DNA of 64,000 nt. Origin: Armatimonadota bacterium (GTDB lineage Bacteria > Armatimonadota > Fimbriimonadia > Fimbriimonadales > Fimbriimonadaceae). The notes below the pieces were generated by a model that was not told the DNA's origin, ran no database searches, and saw only the letters and a program-made list of their open reading frames with translations. This document shows, piece after piece, positions 10,484-20,720 of the stretch (the first letter of the stretch is position 1; each line of letters opens with the position of its first letter). The DNA is taken from the NCBI GenBank assembly GCA_037138755.1, contig JBAXHT010000001.1, positions 31,805 through 95,804 of the forward strand, written 5' to 3'. A program made the translations under genes and the position numbers.

Positions 10484-11941
10484 ATGGACCAACGCGAATT
10501 CCTCGAAACCATCACCCGGCGCACCTTTTTCAAAAAGGTTGGCTATGGGCTGGGAAATGTCGCCTTGGCGACCATGCTTGCCGATCCTGCCTTCGCCGCC
10601 TTTGCCGATCAGCAAAAGGGGCGAAAAGATCCAATGTCGCCCAAACGACCCCATTTCAAGCCAAAAGCGAAGTCGATCATCTACCTGTTTATGGCCGGCG
10701 CACCATCTCAGCTTGATCTCTTTGACTACAAACCGGTCCTAAACAAATTCGACGGCGACTTCTGTCCTGACGAGTACATCAAGGGCGAGCGGTTCCCGTT
10801 CATCCGCGAGAAGCCACGGCTTCTTGGCTCACCTCACTCGTTTGCCCAGCACGGAAAGTCGGGACAGATGATGTCCACGATGCTCCCCCATCTTGCCGAA
10901 ATAGCGGATGACATCAGCGTTATACGCACGATGCACACAGATCAGTTCAACCACGCTCCTGCGCAGTTGCTGATGAACACAGGTTTCCAAGTACCGGGAA
11001 GGCCCTCAATTGGATCCTGGCTGACGTATGGCCTCGGCTCGGAAAATGCGGACTTGCCTGGATTTGTCGTCCTTCTGAGCGGAATCAACAATCCCGACGG
11101 AGGAAAGTCGTGCTACGGCAGCGGATTCTTGCCTTCCGTCTATCAAGGTGTTGAGTTCCGTTCCTCAGGCGAACCAGTCCTCTTCGTGGACAATCCCGAA
11201 GGGGTCTCGTCGGAGATTCGCCGTGACTCGCTCGATGCAATTCGTGACCTCAATAGCTTGCGCTCCAAGGAGGTTCTGGATCCCGAGATTGAGACTCGAA
11301 TTGCCCAGTACGAGCTTGCCTACCGAATGCAGACCAGCGTTCCTGATCTCATGGACATCAGCAAAGAGCCGAAGGCGATTCAGGAAGAGTATGGCGTCGA
11401 ACCAGGCAAGCGATCCTTTGCCAACAACTGTCTGCTCGCCCGCAGAATGGTTGAGCGTGGTGTTCGTTGTATTCAGCTCTACCACCGAGGCTGGGATCAC
11501 CACGGAGACAGCGAAGGTAACGACCTGAAGCACGGTCTTCCGGACATGTGCCGCCAGATCGATAAGGCTGCGGCGACCCTGATAAAAGATCTTAAGCGGC
11601 GCGGATTACTTGATGAAACCATCGTCGTCTGGGGTGGCGAATTTGGGCGAACACCGATGATCGAAGCTCGCGGCGGAGTCAAGTTCCCTGGGCGAGACCA
11701 CCATCCGAAGGCGTACAGTATGTTTGTTGCCGGTGGCGGCTTCAAGTCTGGAGTGTCTTACGGCAAAACCGACGAACTTGGCTATAACCCCGTCGAGGAC
11801 CCCGTTCACGTCCACGATCTAAACGCAACCCTTCTCCACCTCATGGGCCTAGAGCACACGCAGTTGACCTACAAGTACCAGGGCAGAAACTTCAGGCTCA
11901 CGGATGTCAGTGGGGATGTTTTGACGAAACTAATCCGGTAG
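10484..11941 (+). CDS. DUF1501 family protein (putative Tat substrate)
   Basis: TRRTFF twin-Arg motif, [56 protein letters not shown]; starts 2 nt after the PSD1 gene. Confidence 0.92.
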   Translation: MDQREFLETITRRTFFKKVGYGLGNVALATMLADPAFAAFADQQKGRKDPMSPKRPHFKPKAKSIIYLFMAGAPSQLDLFDYKPVLNKFDGDFCPDEYIKGERFPFIREKPRLLGSPHSFAQHGKSGQMMSTMLPHLAEIADDISVIRTMHTDQFNHAPAQLLMNTGFQVPGRPSIGSWLTYGLGSENADLPGFVVLLSGINNPDGGKSCYGSGFLPSVYQGVEFRSSGEPVLFVDNPEGVSSEIRRDSLDAIRDLNSLRSKEVLDPEIETRIAQYELAYRMQTSVPDLMDISKEPKAIQEEYGVEPGKRSFANNCLLARRMVERGVRCIQLYHRGWDHHGDSEGNDLKHGLPDMCRQIDKAAATLIKDLKRRGLLDETIVVWGGEFGRTPMIEARGGVKFPGRDHHPKAYSMFVAGGGFKSGVSYGKTDELGYNPVEDPVHVHDLNATLLHLMGLEHTQLTYKYQGRNFRLTDVSGDVLTKLIR

Positions 11942-11973
11942 GGTCGCTCACGACCTTCGGACTTGATCTAAAG

Positions 11974-13110
11974 ATGGAAGTTAAGTTTCGTTGGTGGCGG
12001 TGGAGCACCTTGCGGAGTCCATACATTTGGATATCATTTGCTCTCTATCTGGCATTTTCAACCTGGATTCTCCGTAGCCCTGAGATCAAGCAGTATTGGC
12101 TGTTTTCGGTGATCTTCCTCACTCCACTGATCGTCTTCGGTTTGCTGATCGTTCCGTTAGCCCTTCTCTTCATCAGTTTTGGGTTGCACTTCCTTGCTCA
12201 GGCAATCGTCGGCAGGTCGTGCAGTTTTGAATTAGTTCGGGTTGAAGTTCTCAGAGTGCCTGTCGCCGGAAGCCACCGAAGCTGGAGCAAGCTTGTGCCG
12301 AGTGGAGTCGGCGGTTTCCTTGGATACATTTCAATGTTGCCTAGGAGTTCGACTTCATACCAAATCAAGTATTGTTTGATTCAGGGGGCTGGCGTTTTAG
12401 CCACCTTGGGCCTGTTCGCGGTCGTTTACTGGGCCTCAGCTAGCGTCGAAGATAAAAACATCGTTAGCTGGCTAGCTATCTTTGCCCTTGCTCCCTTCTT
12501 GCGAGCATTGTTGCCTTACTCTGCGACTCATAGCAGTTCGAATTCTGCCTCCTATCGAATTGCGAGGCAAATGGTCGACGCTTGGTGTTCTGGCTATGAC
12601 ATTTCCAAGTGTCCCGACTGGATGTACGAGATTGCGCTTGAGCCGCAGGCAGGCGAGGCTAACCGAGTGTGGCTCGCACCTTGTTTTGCGAGCATTCTCT
12701 GTCGTCGGGAGCAATACGCAGAGGCAAGTAAGATCGCAAAAAATTTCGCGGACTCCGAATTGCAGTTTGATAAAGAACTACTGGCATTTCTTGACTTCAT
12801 CCAAGGCGGATCGGAAACCGGCCTTCGACTCGCGACGGAGGACCACAACTCCGAATCAAGCCTCTATGGTCTGGTCAACAGAGCATTTCTTTCATTTCTT
12901 TCAGGCGATCGCACCGAAGCGCACTACCGACTTCGTGAACTGCAGAACGGCTACATCCGCTATCAGCTCGACTCGCTTGGGACTTTCGAGTGGGAGCTCG
13001 CGGTACTACAACGAGCACGGACGATCATGGATCTTCCAGCCCACAACGTCCATGCTCGGAACGGCGTGCTAGCTAGCAGAGAGGATGCTGGCCCCAAGGC
13101 GGATGCCTAG
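11974..13110 (+). CDS. Membrane protein with a degenerate M50 (site-2 protease)-like N-terminus and helical/TPR-like C-terminus
   Basis: Multiple TM segments. The M50-like layout is recognisable but the catalytic motifs are replaced (HFLAQ, GAGVLATL, ALLP...SNS). Confidence 0.45.
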   Translation: MEVKFRWWRWSTLRSPYIWISFALYLAFSTWILRSPEIKQYWLFSVIFLTPLIVFGLLIVPLALLFISFGLHFLAQAIVGRSCSFELVRVEVLRVPVAGSHRSWSKLVPSGVGGFLGYISMLPRSSTSYQIKYCLIQGAGVLATLGLFAVVYWASASVEDKNIVSWLAIFALAPFLRALLPYSATHSSSNSASYRIARQMVDAWCSGYDISKCPDWMYEIALEPQAGEANRVWLAPCFASILCRREQYAEASKIAKNFADSELQFDKELLAFLDFIQGGSETGLRLATEDHNSESSLYGLVNRAFLSFLSGDRTEAHYRLRELQNGYIRYQLDSLGTFEWELAVLQRARTIMDLPAHNVHARNGVLASREDAGPKADA

Positions 13111-13938
13111 CTTCTCGCCGGCCTCCGTCCCGTTGAAGTTCTCATCTTCCAACTCAATACTCACCGCGCCTTGGTAACCCGACTTCTCCAAAGTGCTAAA
13201 GATCAGCGGCCAGTTGGACTCTCCGTAGCCAGGAATCGTGTAGCGCCACACCGCCGAGCCGAAGTCGTGGCTCTTTGCGCTGGTCGCCGGCTGCTCCCAG
13301 CCGTATTCCTGAAGAGCCTCGCGGTCAATGAAGCAGTCCTTCCCATGAACGTGATACACCCGATCGGCAAACTCAGCGAGGAATCGGTGGGGGTCAATTC
13401 CCATCCGAATCATGTGGCTCGGGTCGAAGTTGACTCCAATGCACTGCGGCGTTGCCGAGAGCACCTGGCGGTAACTCTCCGGAGTACAGCAAAGCGCCCC
13501 TGGCCCCGGCCATCCCTCAATCACGAGCTTTCCACCGTGCTCATCGAGAATCTTTCCGAGCGAGTTTAGTGCCGGGATCAGAAGCTCCAGATTCTCTTGC
13601 CGGGGCTTACCCGGGTCAGCGGGCAACATGACGGCAAAAAAATTCTTAGCCCCATGCCTGCAGCACTCGGCGATGTACTCGGCATTGGTGTCCAAAGTCT
13701 TTTGCAGATCGGCTGGCGTAGTTGCCATCAATCCTTGCCAAGCCTGAAGATCGATGGACCCGATTCGGAATCCCTCCCCAATTACCTGCGATAGGTGCGG
13801 CCGTGCATCACCACCAAGATCCACAACTGCTAGATTCTCACTCTTCGCAAAGGCAAGCATCCCCGAGAGATCTTTGAACCACTCAGTCCAGCCTTGTCGA
13901 AAGCCGATAGGAAATCCGCCGGTGCGCGTAGTGAGCAT
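13069..13938 (-). CDS. Sugar phosphate isomerase/epimerase (xylose-isomerase-like TIM barrel)
   Basis: Metal-binding motifs LVIEGWP, NFDPSH, HVHGKD, WRYTIPGYG, SIELED. Confidence 0.88.
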   Translation of the reverse strand: MLTTRTGGFPIGFRQGWTEWFKDLSGMLAFAKSENLAVVDLGGDARPHLSQVIGEGFRIGSIDLQAWQGLMATTPADLQKTLDTNAEYIAECCRHGAKNFFAVMLPADPGKPRQENLELLIPALNSLGKILDEHGGKLVIEGWPGPGALCCTPESYRQVLSATPQCIGVNFDPSHMIRMGIDPHRFLAEFADRVYHVHGKDCFIDREALQEYGWEQPATSAKSHDFGSAVWRYTIPGYGESNWPLIFSTLEKSGYQGAVSIELEDENFNGTEAGEKLGIRLGASILSAS

Positions 13939-13953
13939 AAGCGGATAATTTAC

Positions 13954-14847
13954 CTACTTTGGCTCCACAAAACGAGCGTTCTTAATGATTGGCGGCTTCA
14001 CCGGGCGATCATCTTTCGGCCCGATTTCAACCGCTGCGATCTTCTTCAAAACGTCTTGCCCTCGGACCGTCTCCGCAAATGTCGTGTAGCGACCGTCTAG
14101 GTGCGCCGTGTTCTCACGCGTGAGCGCGAAGTAGAACTGAGCACTGCCAGTGTTCGGGTCGGTCGAGCGAGCCATTCCCACAACTCCAAAATCGTGCTTC
14201 AGGGAAGATTTCTCCAACGGAATGCTGTAACCAGGAGAACCCATTCCCGTTCCCGTCGGGTCGCCACCTTGGGCAACGAACATTCCGCCATTACGACCCT
14301 TCTGGACGATTCGATGGAAGATCACATCTCGATAGAAGCCGCCGCCAACCAATCCGACGAAGTTGAAAACCGTGTTTGGCGCCACGTCTGGGCGCATCTT
14401 CATCTCGATCTCACCTTCGGTGGTGTCCAGCACAACGTTTTGGTTCGACCAAGCGCGAACTCCCGCGTAAATATCGTCCTCATCCGGATCCCACTTCGGG
14501 TTCTTCGTCGCAGGATCGAGTGTTGCCACTGGCGGATTTGTCATCGGTTGCAGCACCAGCGGACTTCCCTTCGGCTTGCCGTCCGCCGTCAGCTGAGCGA
14601 AGAGCACCTTACGTCGCTTATCCTTAAACAAGCTCGGCAACACCTTACCGAGATCATTTTTTCCTCGCTTAGCTGCCCCTTCTTCAAGCACCTTGTTATC
14701 GGCGGGATCAAGAAGCTGAATCGTCAACTTTCCTTTTGCATCCGCGTTCACCGGGAACGGACGGTCGATTCCGTTATAGACAAACTCCGCGACCAGAGCT
14801 GGACGAGCGGCGAGAGCTACTGCGGTAGCAAGAATGGCAAGGCTCAT
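13954..14847 (-). CDS. Exported cyclophilin-type peptidyl-prolyl isomerase
   Basis: APNTVFNF, FHRIV, AQGGDPTGTG.G.PGY, GMARSTDPNTGSAQFY, LDGRYT.F. Hydrophobic N-terminus from ATG 14847. Confidence 0.9.
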   Translation of the reverse strand: MSLAILATAVALAARPALVAEFVYNGIDRPFPVNADAKGKLTIQLLDPADNKVLEEGAAKRGKNDLGKVLPSLFKDKRRKVLFAQLTADGKPKGSPLVLQPMTNPPVATLDPATKNPKWDPDEDDIYAGVRAWSNQNVVLDTTEGEIEMKMRPDVAPNTVFNFVGLVGGGFYRDVIFHRIVQKGRNGGMFVAQGGDPTGTGMGSPGYSIPLEKSSLKHDFGVVGMARSTDPNTGSAQFYFALTRENTAHLDGRYTTFAETVRGQDVLKKIAAVEIGPKDDRPVKPPIIKNARFVEPK

Positions 14848-14903
14848 AGAAAAATACGTTACCCGGCAACCGCCGGGCAACGTATTCGCACCCCGCTACA
14901 AGA

Positions 14904-17411
14904 TCAGTCCAGCTCTTGCCAGCTATCCTTCACGGTGTCCTTCGCACGGCGGCGCACCTGCCCGTACGAACGACCACCCTCGGAGACGTTTGCTTGAGCA
15001 CGCGGCACCGACTGAGGTGCGTGATTGAACTGCGCCGAGCGAGCCATCTCTGCCCGGGCAAGGCCAACCAAGCCAGCTTTATCGCCCTTCTTTTCGACAA
15101 TCGACTTATCCCACAGATACAGAATCGGCGAGGCGTTGTAGATGGAAGAGTAGGTTCCCGAGACTATTCCGATGAGCATCGTCACAACGAAGAATTTGAG
15201 GTCCGGCGTTGGAGTTCCGAAGAGCACCAAGATCAAGAGCGTCACGATAACCGTTCCCGAAGTGTTGATCGAACGCGAGAACGTCTGGGTGATCGAACGG
15301 TTCATCAGGTGAGCGATGTCCTCGCCCGCCTCTTGGTGCCGCAGATTCTCACGGATTCGGTCGAACACGATGATCGTGTCGTGAACCGAGAATCCGATGA
15401 TCGTCAGCATCGCCGTAAGGAACAGCGACGAGATATCCCACTTGAAGAAGTAGCCGAACAGAGCCGCCATGAAGACCACAACCAGAATGTCGTGGAACAG
15501 CGCGCCGATGGCCGAAAGACCAAACTTGAGACCTTCCTTAAATCCGCCAACCGAGAAGCCGAAGCGCAGCGCAAGGTAAGCAATGATGAGCAGAATCGAA
15601 ATTCCTACACCGGTTGCCGCGCCGACTTGAACTTCCTTCTGAAGTGTTGGTCCAACCGTCGTGCTTCCTGCATCTGTCGCGTTCTGGAGGCCAGAAGCGG
15701 CAAGAACCGCCTGGGTTCGCTTGCCTGGATCCTTTTCGCCCTTAAAGGCGTCGTCAGGCACCGAGATGATCGCGAGCTTGTTGCCGTCTTTGGCTTCGCC
15801 AAACTTGACGGTTGATCCCTTAAAGCCAGCTTTCTCGAGTCCTTCGCTGATCGAAGCCGTCGTGTTGTCACCCTTGAAGAGGAACTGCGCCTCGGTTCCA
15901 CCTTGGAGCTCAACATTAAATTTGAACCCGCCAAGCGGTACGAACACAAGGCCAATCACGACCGTCGCCGCAGAGATTGCAAACCACTTCTTCCACTTCT
16001 GGAGAATCGGCAGAATCTCGTGACCAAGCGTGTACTTCTTGAACCAGTCCCGCTCGATTGCGTACCACTTCAGATCCTTTCCGATTCCCGAACCAACCAG
16101 GAAGATGAGCAAGGAGCGCGTAACGGTAACCGCGGTGAACAGCGAGATCGCGACACCAATGATCAGCGTCGTTGCGAAGCCTTTGACGGGTCCGGTTCCA
16201 ATGTTGGCGAGAACCAACGAAGTCAGGATCGTACAAGCGTTCGAATCAATGATCGCCGGCAGAGCGCGCTTGAAGCCAATCTCCATCGCCGACATCAACG
16301 GTCGGCCGTTTCGCATTTCTTCTTTGAAACGCTCAAAGACAAGAATGTTGGCGTCGACCGCCATACCGACTGAGAGGATAAATCCTGCAATCGCGGCAAG
16401 CGAGAAGGTAGCCCCGATGAACTTCAGCGCCGTGAGTGTGAAGAGCGTGTAGAGACACAACGCACACAGGGCTACCACGCCAGGAAAGGCGTAGTAGCCG
16501 ATTAAGTAAATACTGATGACCGCAAAGGCGATGGCACCTGCGGTGACCATCTTGCCGTAGGCGGCGTCGCCAATTGTCGGGCTAACTGCCGAGGAACTGA
16601 GCTCTTCAAGCTCCGCCGGAAGCGATCCGCCGTTCAGCAAGGCAACGAGCGAGGTGACGTACTTCGTCGAAAACTCGCCGCTGATGAAGGCGTTGTTGCT
16701 AATCCGAGCATCCTTCATAACCGGCGAAACGCTGAGGACTCGGCCGTCCATAACGAAGGCGATCGGCTCTTCTTTGCCGAAGTAGCGGTCCATCCATTGC
16801 GACATCTTTCGGGTGCCGTCGTTATTGAACTCCATTGCTGGTTGGTAGGAGTTTTGCCCGGCAGGCTGGGCCGTAGCTGCAGCGAGGTCTGTTCCAGCGA
16901 GGATGAGGAACCAGCCATCAATGACCTGTTTGTACTCAGGAGTTCCTGGCTCAATCCGCTTTCCGTCAGACCGCCGAAGAAACTTAACGACCGGGGTGTT
17001 AGGGTCCTCCGATCGGACCTCATCATAGATTCGACTTTGGTTCTGAGCCGAGTTGAGGTTCCTTGCATGATACAGCTCAATCCGCGCACTGGAGCCGATA
17101 ACTCGACGAGCCTCGTTAATGTCGCTAATTCCTGGGAGTTCGACGACGACTTGGTCGTCGCCTTTCGCAGCAACCACCGGTTCAGCCGCCATTCCGCTTG
17201 CGCGGTTCAGCAGAACCGAGATGATCTGCGAGCGGGCCTTCGGCATGGCAATCTTGCCTTGTTGATCTTTCCGGAGCTTGACTTGGTAGGTAAGGCGCGT
17301 TCCTCCCTTGATGTCGAGGCCGTAAATGGTCTTAAACTTGGTGAATCCCACGGCGGCCAATGCGCCCATGGCAATCACGAAAAGAAGGAAATAATAGCTA
17401 CGTCGCTGCAA
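14904..17411 (-). CDS. secD: Fused protein translocase subunit SecDF
   Basis: GLDIKGG, VSPTIG, GMAVDANILVFERFKEE, IIDSN, ELQGGT, GFSVHDTIIVFDRIREN, RSINTS, GTYSSIY. Likely TTG start at 17411 with GGAGG upstream. Confidence 0.93.
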   Translation of the reverse strand: MQRRSYYFLLFVIAMGALAAVGFTKFKTIYGLDIKGGTRLTYQVKLRKDQQGKIAMPKARSQIISVLLNRASGMAAEPVVAAKGDDQVVVELPGISDINEARRVIGSSARIELYHARNLNSAQNQSRIYDEVRSEDPNTPVVKFLRRSDGKRIEPGTPEYKQVIDGWFLILAGTDLAAATAQPAGQNSYQPAMEFNNDGTRKMSQWMDRYFGKEEPIAFVMDGRVLSVSPVMKDARISNNAFISGEFSTKYVTSLVALLNGGSLPAELEELSSSAVSPTIGDAAYGKMVTAGAIAFAVISIYLIGYYAFPGVVALCALCLYTLFTLTALKFIGATFSLAAIAGFILSVGMAVDANILVFERFKEEMRNGRPLMSAMEIGFKRALPAIIDSNACTILTSLVLANIGTGPVKGFATTLIIGVAISLFTAVTVTRSLLIFLVGSGIGKDLKWYAIERDWFKKYTLGHEILPILQKWKKWFAISAATVVIGLVFVPLGGFKFNVELQGGTEAQFLFKGDNTTASISEGLEKAGFKGSTVKFGEAKDGNKLAIISVPDDAFKGEKDPGKRTQAVLAASGLQNATDAGSTTVGPTLQKEVQVGAATGVGISILLIIAYLALRFGFSVGGFKEGLKFGLSAIGALFHDILVVVFMAALFGYFFKWDISSLFLTAMLTIIGFSVHDTIIVFDRIRENLRHQEAGEDIAHLMNRSITQTFSRSINTSGTVIVTLLILVLFGTPTPDLKFFVVTMLIGIVSGTYSSIYNASPILYLWDKSIVEKKGDKAGLVGLARAEMARSAQFNHAPQSVPRAQANVSEGGRSYGQVRRRAKDTVKDSWQELD

Positions 17412-17504
17412 AACTAGGGTCGCCTCCAGGCGGTTTTGAACTTGAGAGTCTACCCCGGATGCCTGGCAGGGTGTCGGAGAAGCCGCCACCCTGCGGTTGC
17501 GAAA

Positions 17505-18608
17505 CTACCGGACTTCTAGCACCGGAGCCCCGAGGACGTCCATCTTCGGCTCGATTCCAAGCCCCGGAGCCGTCGAAGCCCGCATCTTTCCGTTATCCCG
17601 TTGTGGAGCACCATTGGCTGTACTCACGGTGACGTAGCTGTTGAAATCTGTCGAAGTGAACCGGCTCTCATGCGGGCAACTATGCGCCAGATGCGCGATC
17701 GCTGCGGTGACAATATCGCCGCCCCAGCTATCTTCGATTGTGAGCGCGATGCCAAGGGTGACGCACATATCTCGCACTTGGCGCGCCTTCGTGATTCCGC
17801 CGAGCTTACTGATCTTGATGTTCACAACGTCCATCGCCAGGTCGCGCTGGGCATGAAGCAGCATTTCAAGCGAGTTGATGTTCTCGTCCAGAACGAACGG
17901 ATGGTTCGTATGCCGCCGTACTGATAGACACTCTTCATACGAGCGGCAAGGCTGCTCGATGTAGACATCAACATCCTTAACCGCAAGAACCACGCGCATG
18001 GCCTCATGCTGAGTCCAGCCGGTATTAGCATCAGCCACCAAACGGTCGCCCGGTAGAAGTTCCGCCGCGACGGCTTTGATCCGGGCAATGTCGACGTCGG
18101 GATCACCGCCGACTTTAAGCTGGAACCGGCGATAGCCTTCGGCCCGATACTTGGCCACTTTAGATGCCATTTCCTCTGGAGACTCCTGCGAAATCGCTCG
18201 GTAGAGGGTGATGTCATCACCCGATCGGCCACCGAGCAGGGTGCAAACCGGAAGACCTGCCGTCTTACCAAGGATGTCCCAGCAAGCCATGTCGATTCCA
18301 GACTTCACGTAAGGGTGACCCTGGAGTGCCGCGTCCATTCGGTCATTCAGAACCCCAATCTCGCAAGCGTCGTATCCGATAAGGTGTGGTCCAAGCTCCT
18401 TGATGCCCGCCCGAACTCCAGCCGCGTAGGCCGGAAGATAAAATGGCCCTAGCGGACAAACCTCGCCCCACCCGGTGACGCCTTCATCCGTCTCGACTTC
18501 GACGATTGTGCTGTCGAAGACGGAGACCGACTTTCCGCCTGACCATTTATAAGTCCCTTCAAACAGCGGAAGATCTACTTGATAACCCCGAATCGCCTTG
18601 ATTCCCAT
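17505..18608 (-). CDS. Enolase-superfamily enzyme, cis-3-hydroxy-L-proline dehydratase-like
   Basis: [42 protein letters not shown]. The N-terminus QVDLPL.EG.Y.WS.G...VFDST matches the characterised c3LHyp dehydratase as I recall it. Confidence 0.75.
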   Translation of the reverse strand: MGIKAIRGYQVDLPLFEGTYKWSGGKSVSVFDSTIVEVETDEGVTGWGEVCPLGPFYLPAYAAGVRAGIKELGPHLIGYDACEIGVLNDRMDAALQGHPYVKSGIDMACWDILGKTAGLPVCTLLGGRSGDDITLYRAISQESPEEMASKVAKYRAEGYRRFQLKVGGDPDVDIARIKAVAAELLPGDRLVADANTGWTQHEAMRVVLAVKDVDVYIEQPCRSYEECLSVRRHTNHPFVLDENINSLEMLLHAQRDLAMDVVNIKISKLGGITKARQVRDMCVTLGIALTIEDSWGGDIVTAAIAHLAHSCPHESRFTSTDFNSYVTVSTANGAPQRDNGKMRASTAPGLGIEPKMDVLGAPVLEVR

Positions 18609-18763
18609 AGTTGGCGTAGTTTAGCCGATGGTTGGGAACAGCGACCCCGATTGACTCCCCTTTTCCAGATGAGTCGCTACGGAACGATCTGGGAAACTTC
18701 ATAGCGTTGGATGCTTCGGGAGCAAAAGGGAGCTTTGGCCATTTTGAATTACAATGGTTGGAG

Positions 18764-19354
18764 ATGAATGTACCGCCGAGTTATCAGATGCCTCCGCCGA
18801 GCGATGCTCCGGCTCCGCCGCAGAAGAGCGGGGTGCCGGGGTGGGCTAAGTGGGCGATTGGATGCGGAGCGATGGTGATGTGCTGTTGCCCGGTTGGGGG
18901 CGGGATTCTGTTTCCGGTGTTTGCCCAGGCGAAAGTTGCCGCGCAGACGACAACATCGCTGGCTCATCTCCGCGATCTGAGTTCGGCGATGCACGAGTAT
19001 GCGACGGATAACGATGATCGAACCTGCCCGATTGAGGGTTGGAACGCGAATGTTTCGGGATACGGTGATGCTTTCTCGTTGGCTGATCCTCTTGTGAAAG
19101 ACCAGCTCGGCTACGGCCTGAATCCGGGGGTTTGTTCGATCAGTGAATCGGCGATTGAGGATATGTCGAAGGTGATCCAGTTTGGAACTAGCACCCAGGA
19201 AGGTCCCGATACAGTTCTCACACCAGAGACTCTTCGTAAGGTCAGCCGACCGCCCTTCCGGACGCTATGGGTGACGGTTGATGGACAGGCGAAGAAAGCG
19301 TTGATCGACGAGGCCCAGAGGTTGCAGTGGAAGCCGGTTCAAAAGAAAAAGTAA
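18764..19354 (+). CDS. Pilin-like/DUF1559-related membrane-anchored protein lacking a prepilin leader (copy 1)
   Basis: [22 protein letters not shown]...YATDNDD matches the prepilin protein at 59479. Pro-rich N-terminus plus a Cys-containing TM segment. Start revised to ATG 18764. Confidence 0.7.
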   Translation: MNVPPSYQMPPPSDAPAPPQKSGVPGWAKWAIGCGAMVMCCCPVGGGILFPVFAQAKVAAQTTTSLAHLRDLSSAMHEYATDNDDRTCPIEGWNANVSGYGDAFSLADPLVKDQLGYGLNPGVCSISESAIEDMSKVIQFGTSTQEGPDTVLTPETLRKVSRPPFRTLWVTVDGQAKKALIDEAQRLQWKPVQKKK

Positions 19355-19902
19355 AGCCCACGAATCCCGTTTGGGAGTTCGTCAAAGGTGGCGTGAAAGG
19401 GTTCGTGATTATGTTTGTCGTAGTTTTTCCATTCTCCTGTGCGTATGGTTTTTGGCAAGCATCCGGAAGGCAAAAATACATCAATCAGACCGCAGCTCAC
19501 GCAAATTTGCTTGCTCAGTCGTGGTTGCTTTATGCAGCTGATTCCGATCAGCGGACGTGCTTAAGCGAAAACTGGAATGCCGCACTCGCTGGCTATTACA
19601 AAGACGCCAGGGTTCTAGAGGACGCGAACATCGAAACCGGAGAGCGGCGCGGAATCGGTCTTAACCCCGGTTTTGCAGGGAAAAGCATGAGTACCCTCCC
19701 AGAAACGCGACGGAGTTTGGTCTTTGCGCTTACTACGAATCTTGGCAAAGATGCCCTGGTTAGTAAGAGTACGTTGCGAAGCTATTCTGACGTGATTGAC
19801 GTCATCGTCGTTGCAACTGGGGACGGAAAGTCTTACAAGATCCGATTTTCGAAGTTGCAGAGTCTGTTCTGGGAAGTTCCGGCAAGTAGCCCGGGTCACT
19901 GA
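19327..19902 (+). CDS. Pilin-like/DUF1559-related membrane-anchored protein (copy 2, diverged)
   Basis: TM segment, then YAADSDQRTC...WNAAL and GIGLNP motifs shared with its neighbours. Confidence 0.6.
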   Translation: MEAGSKEKVKPTNPVWEFVKGGVKGFVIMFVVVFPFSCAYGFWQASGRQKYINQTAAHANLLAQSWLLYAADSDQRTCLSENWNAALAGYYKDARVLEDANIETGERRGIGLNPGFAGKSMSTLPETRRSLVFALTTNLGKDALVSKSTLRSYSDVIDVIVVATGDGKSYKIRFSKLQSLFWEVPASSPGH

Positions 19903-19964
19903 CGCGCCCGGTGCCGGACGGGGTCCGGCTTTCAGGAGGGTGCTGGACGGTAGTCTTTGGAACG

Positions 19965-20102
19965 ATGGAGTTCGAGTTCTCACCTTGCCAACGGGAGGAA
20001 TTTCCTCGGCTGACGGAAATGTTTGATGAAGTGGCGGCTTTTCAGGAGCGGATTTCGGAGCTGCAATCGATAAGCAGTGAGCCGGTTTTAGCGAGGACGT
20101 GA
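19965..20102 (+). CDS. 45-aa ORF, possibly a GNAT N-terminal remnant
   Basis: MEFEFSPCQREEFPRLTEMFDEVAAFQ. TAGTCT lies 8 nt upstream and the stop overlaps the next start (GTGA). Confidence 0.3.
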   Translation: MEFEFSPCQREEFPRLTEMFDEVAAFQERISELQSISSEPVLART

Positions 20103-20665
20103 TGGAGCCAGAGATTGAGATGATGCCGAAGAGACGGGTACCTTGGGTGGCGCTACTAGTCGTTGGTGTCCTGTTTTTTATGGCGGTCTCGATTCTCGGA
20201 CCGCTCTTTGCTTCGGCTCGGGTTGCGGCGACGCGCGTGCACGCGATCTCGAATTTGAAGACTCTTGCCACCGGGTGGCACGTGTACGCCTCGGATTATG
20301 ATGATCGAGGTTGTCCCACTACCGGTTGGAATACTCTCCTCATCACCCATCGCAAATCAGGAGTCCAGGAGGAGCATCTGATCGATCCAATGTTCGAGTG
20401 CCTTCCGACATATGACTGCACCGACAACCGAGCATTGGGCTTGAACAAGTCAGTAGGTGGGGTGGACGTGACTACCGTAGCAGATGCTGATAGATTAGTT
20501 ATGTTCGCACAATCTAAAGTCGGCGGGCCAAACTTACTGGTTTCCGCAGAAACCGCGAGAGAAGGATTTATGGGTTTTGCGTTCGTCGACGGTCACGCTA
20601 AGATGAGAGGCAACTGGGGCGAGGTTCAAATAAGTTGGGAGCCTCGGGCAGAACCTAGTCGTTGA
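20099..20665 (+). CDS. Pilin-like/DUF1559-related membrane-anchored protein (copy 3)
   Basis: [23 protein letters not shown]...YASDYDD, ALGLNK, C-terminal AFVDGHAK motif. Confidence 0.72.
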   Translation: MMEPEIEMMPKRRVPWVALLVVGVLFFMAVSILGPLFASARVAATRVHAISNLKTLATGWHVYASDYDDRGCPTTGWNTLLITHRKSGVQEEHLIDPMFECLPTYDCTDNRALGLNKSVGGVDVTTVADADRLVMFAQSKVGGPNLLVSAETAREGFMGFAFVDGHAKMRGNWGEVQISWEPRAEPSR

Positions 20666-20720
20666 CGGCGCGGGGGCGTCCGGATTCCAGGGGAGTTGCG
20701 GCATCTGCCACAATCTACGG

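Noticed and set aside
14101-15815. Long plus-strand ORFs 14101-14997 and 14916-15815
   Set aside because: They are antisense shadows of the cyclophilin and secDF genes, with no motifs; expected in GC-rich DNA
19902-20700. GC-rich hairpin-like stretches at about 19902-19930, 20667-20695 and 44806-44830 as further REP copies
   Set aside because: Similarity to the 51556 REP is only partial and cannot be supported without a genome-wide search
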